Below, piece after piece: positions 60,799-64,000 of a DNA stretch of 64,000 nt (position 1 is its first letter; the number at the start of each line of letters is the position of its first letter). The translations under genes and the position numbers were made by a program. The DNA comes from Pseudogymnoascus verrucosus. Taxonomy: Eukaryota. Below the pieces are notes generated by a model, which saw only the letters and a list, made by a program, of their open reading frames with translations, was not told where the DNA came from and made no database searches. The DNA is taken from the NCBI GenBank assembly GCA_001662655.1, contig KV460237.1. One strand, written 5' to 3'.

Positions 60799-62544
60799 CT
60801 AATCAGCATCCCTTCTCTTTTTCACCAATTTATCCCAAAGGCGTACTTTAGCAACCAACCCCTGTAATCCTTTGACTCTAGTCAAGGCCTTGATATGGGG
60901 ATCATCAGACTTCTGTAATCCTTCGACTCTTGGGTCAGGCACGGCGTTAAGACGAGGATCATCAAACCTCTGTAATTCTTCGACTCTTGGGTCAGGCACG
61001 GTGTTAAGACGAGGATCATCAAACCTCATTGTCACTGAATACGCTGAGTGGACAATACTTGTCCAATGTCGAGGAAGAATAATAGCGTAGTCACGACCGC
61101 CTAGTAGTATGAATGGCTGAAGGCCAAGCTTGAGGCCAGATTTGTTGCGTTTCTCGACCTCAGACTTCAGCTCATATCCCCAGTAATCGTCACTTGTATA
61201 AATCTCCCTTAGGATATTAACCATGCCCTATAAACATTTGTTAGTACTGACACAAGAATAATAGGTCAATTTAAATACCAATAGAAGATGACTTACTTCC
61301 CATGTCTTACAGTCACTTAAAGGCAAAGTATACCTCGTTCCACGAGCATCGGTAAACAATAGGCTACCATATGCTACATTAGTCACTTCGGCTTTTGTAG
61401 TTGGTACGTTTTCTGCAGCTACTGAAGCAGTCTCCGAGCTAGCAACGGACTGCTGCTGGTCAAGTGACTCTGGATTTCCTGAGTTATAGATTACGGTTCC
61501 ATTCATGTGCTCCATGTGAGACTGAGGTGGTGGAGGGTTGCTGAGTCGAGTTCCATCCTGAGAGTTGCTAGAACCTTGATCATTAGGTGCATTGATATCA
61601 TCAGCTGTAGCCCTATCCTCTTCCGCTCGGAGAACAAGTGTCGCAAACTGAATAGTGCGCTGTTGCAGCAACGAAATTTCCAAGTAAGGGGTAACAATAT
61701 CTAGTTCTTCAATGCCAAATTCTCTCTCAACTTCCTCCTCGTTTTCGACGTTTTTTGAGTGGACGATAATGGATTTCTCAACTTCGCTAGGCTCGAGTGA
61801 GAGCGAGTCAAGCCCTGGGTCTACAGATTGCGATTCATCTTCTTCGCCATTAATGCTGTCATCCGGAATTCTCCGTAGCTTTAGAGGCTGGCTTTCTCGA
61901 GATTCTTTTAGAGGGTTTCCCGTCAAGAGGGGGCTTTCTCTTTGCATGAGGCGAGAAACATTTTGATGTACACGGTTGCTGTTCTGGATTTCTTCTGATG
62001 CTACGTTCTGAAGCTGGAGTCGTAATGAAATTCTATTGTGACGTTAGAACTATATTTAAATAGAGGTACTTGGTATTGGTTACTGAATATCCCTTGGCCT
62101 ATTTGATGCAACGCCGTCAGAGTAGTTTACTGTGCCTATCAATAATGATAGAGTGCTCTTTAGGGCTTCCAAAGACTGCAGATGAGTAGCAAATTTAGAT
62201 TTCTCAAATACCCAACGTATTCGAAGTATAAACCGCTTTTGAGCACTACCAGTGAGTTCCACTAGCGGTCGGAGCCTCTTGAGAAGGTTGCTGCTATCAT
62301 CCAATATAGTTTGGCAAAGCGTAATCAGGCCATCGGCAATGGTCTTTGCCTTGGGCGAAATTGGCTCCTTCGTCACTAAAGCATCGCTCAGGTTGGTAAG
62401 AACTTGAGCAAGTGAGCTAGCATTTGAAGCAAAGGCGCGTACTTCAACGCCTGCCGTTCCAATGGCGGCTGCGATACTGAATAATGAGATAGAGAGTTTC
62501 GCGGCACCACCAGCGACGCCGATAGTTAACCCGATTTGAGCCAT
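60799..62544 (-). CDS. HeLo-like N-terminal domain plus C-terminal fungal ubiquitin-like domain, three exons, with 57-bp terminal repeats
   Basis: MAQIGLTIGVAGGAAKLS...RIRWVF...LEALKSTLSL; FTDARGTRYTLPLSDCKTWE|GM...ILPRHWTSIV...VTM; GT-AG introns near 62035-62082 and 61228-61297. Confidence 0.7.
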
Positions 62545-63173
62545 ATATTACACAGAGACAGATAATAGAAAAGTTCGGTAAAAGAGAGATGCATATATAT
62601 TGTAGTAGCGGGGTCACTTTCTAACCGCCTCACTTTCCTCCATGCAAGGCTAGCATAGCCACTGCCAGGGGTTCACCACGGAGGCGCAGGAGCCAACAAA
62701 TGTGCTCCCTGCCTTATGGCTGTGTAAAAACGAGCGCCAGCAAACCTACCCAAGGCCGTCAACAAGGCCTACATAGGTAAATAAAACCCCACAGCATGCA
62801 GCGGCTACATATCCTTGCCAGCTTGAAGCGGGCTATCACAAGAGTGGCTGGGGAAATTTCTTTGTGAATATAAGTCGAATATGGAGAATATTGAGATAGT
62901 ATTTGCTTGCGTATTTTCAAATGTACTAAAACGCTACTAAAAACTCGCATACCTTCTTTCAGTGAATGTACCTGTCTATATATGTTCTAGTCCAACTGTA
63001 AATTTTGCCCGCTCATAATGTGGCCGGCAGCTCACGAGGAAGAATAACCCTCGGCTGGGCTGGAACATATACTATATATCGCTCCTTAGCATCTTTTATC
63101 GGTCTTGTCTTATTATATTTCATAACTCATAATCATGTCCAAGAAGATAGGGAGCTAGCTGAAAAATGCGCAG

Positions 63174-64000
63174 CTAAACCCTCTCTTTCATCCAGCCCAG
63201 TTTCTTTCCAAGGAAACTCACTCCGCCCACCGCCGCAGTGATGCCAGTGAACACGATCAACCCACCATATCCAGTTCCATATGCCAGAGTGGCCTTGCCT
63301 TGCCACGGCCTGGAGCTGAGAAGAGCTTCACTCAGCGGCCCAGAAGCCACAGCTCCAATGCCCCTTCCAGCGGACAAAATACCAAGCAATGTGCCAACAT
63401 CCGTCGTTTCATCGAGGCCTTTCACCGCCTTAACGATGCCGGAAATGGTGGTGACAAACCCCCCAGCGAATAAACCATACAAGATGCTAAATACGATTAG
63501 CAGAGGGAGAGCATCTGAGAACCCCCAAAACAAGAAGACGGAGAGTACAGCACCGACAGTGCTGATGATAACCACAGTCGTCACGTGGAAGCGGTCGATC
63601 AGCATCCCCAGTAAGATCGTACTTGGCACAGATGATGCGTTTACCAGGGCGACAAGGAGCGTGCCGATTGATGGACCATAGCCGAGTGAACGTGCAAAAG
63701 TCGGCAAGTAGATGCTCGGGATGAAGTACCCCAGGCTCTCCATGGTGAGGCCCATTTGGAGGAGCCAAAATGTTTTGGTTCGGAGGAATCCTAGGCCCTG
63801 GCGAACTGGTTGCCGAGTCTGGGAGGGTGGTATCCGTGCCCGCAGGAAATAAATCAATGGTGCTGATATGACAGTGATGACCACAGCCCATATCCTGAGC
63901 GTGTTGCGGAAACCGTATGCATGCAGAAGCCAGTTGATGGTAAAAGGGATGCATAGGCCGGCAGCGCCCGAGCCACCCTTCGATGAGTGTTAGAGGATGT
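63174..64000 (-). CDS. MFS transporter, monocarboxylate porter-like, 5'-partial
   Basis: Multiple TM helices; GFRNTLRIWA, LGYFIPSIYLPTFA, GMLIDRF, RGIGAVASGPLSEALL. Confidence 0.88.

Overview
Gene-dense eukaryotic DNA from a filamentous ascomycete, judged from short GT-AG introns with CTAAC/CTGAC branch sites, Zn2Cys6 and NLR genes, and RIP-like mutation. Core genes (RPS2, TUM1, APC11, SSO-type syntaxin, tRNA-Ser, MEMO1, UTP4, PNG1, UPF0183, kinesin-5, mitochondrial IleRS, LOG, GH76, MFS) alternate with accessory patches. Main results: (1) a 119-nt 5S rRNA gene is split into two halves (35609-35670 and 41288-41344) by a 5.6-kb cargo-bearing insertion with symmetric subterminal inverted repeats and no recognisable recombinase, resembling a minimal or derelict 5S-targeting Starship-type element. 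(2) A 3.0-kb TA-flanked element with ~343-bp inverted repeats carries an intact F-box-like gene instead of a transposase. (3) A SesA-amyloid-NACHT-WD40 NLR has a stop-containing intron right after the amyloid motif, so one locus could encode both receptor and effector. (4) A candidate Atg31 orthologue lies next to APC11. (5) The syntaxin has a 63-aa luminal tail with two KR sites. All family calls come from motif recognition by eye; no database search was run.
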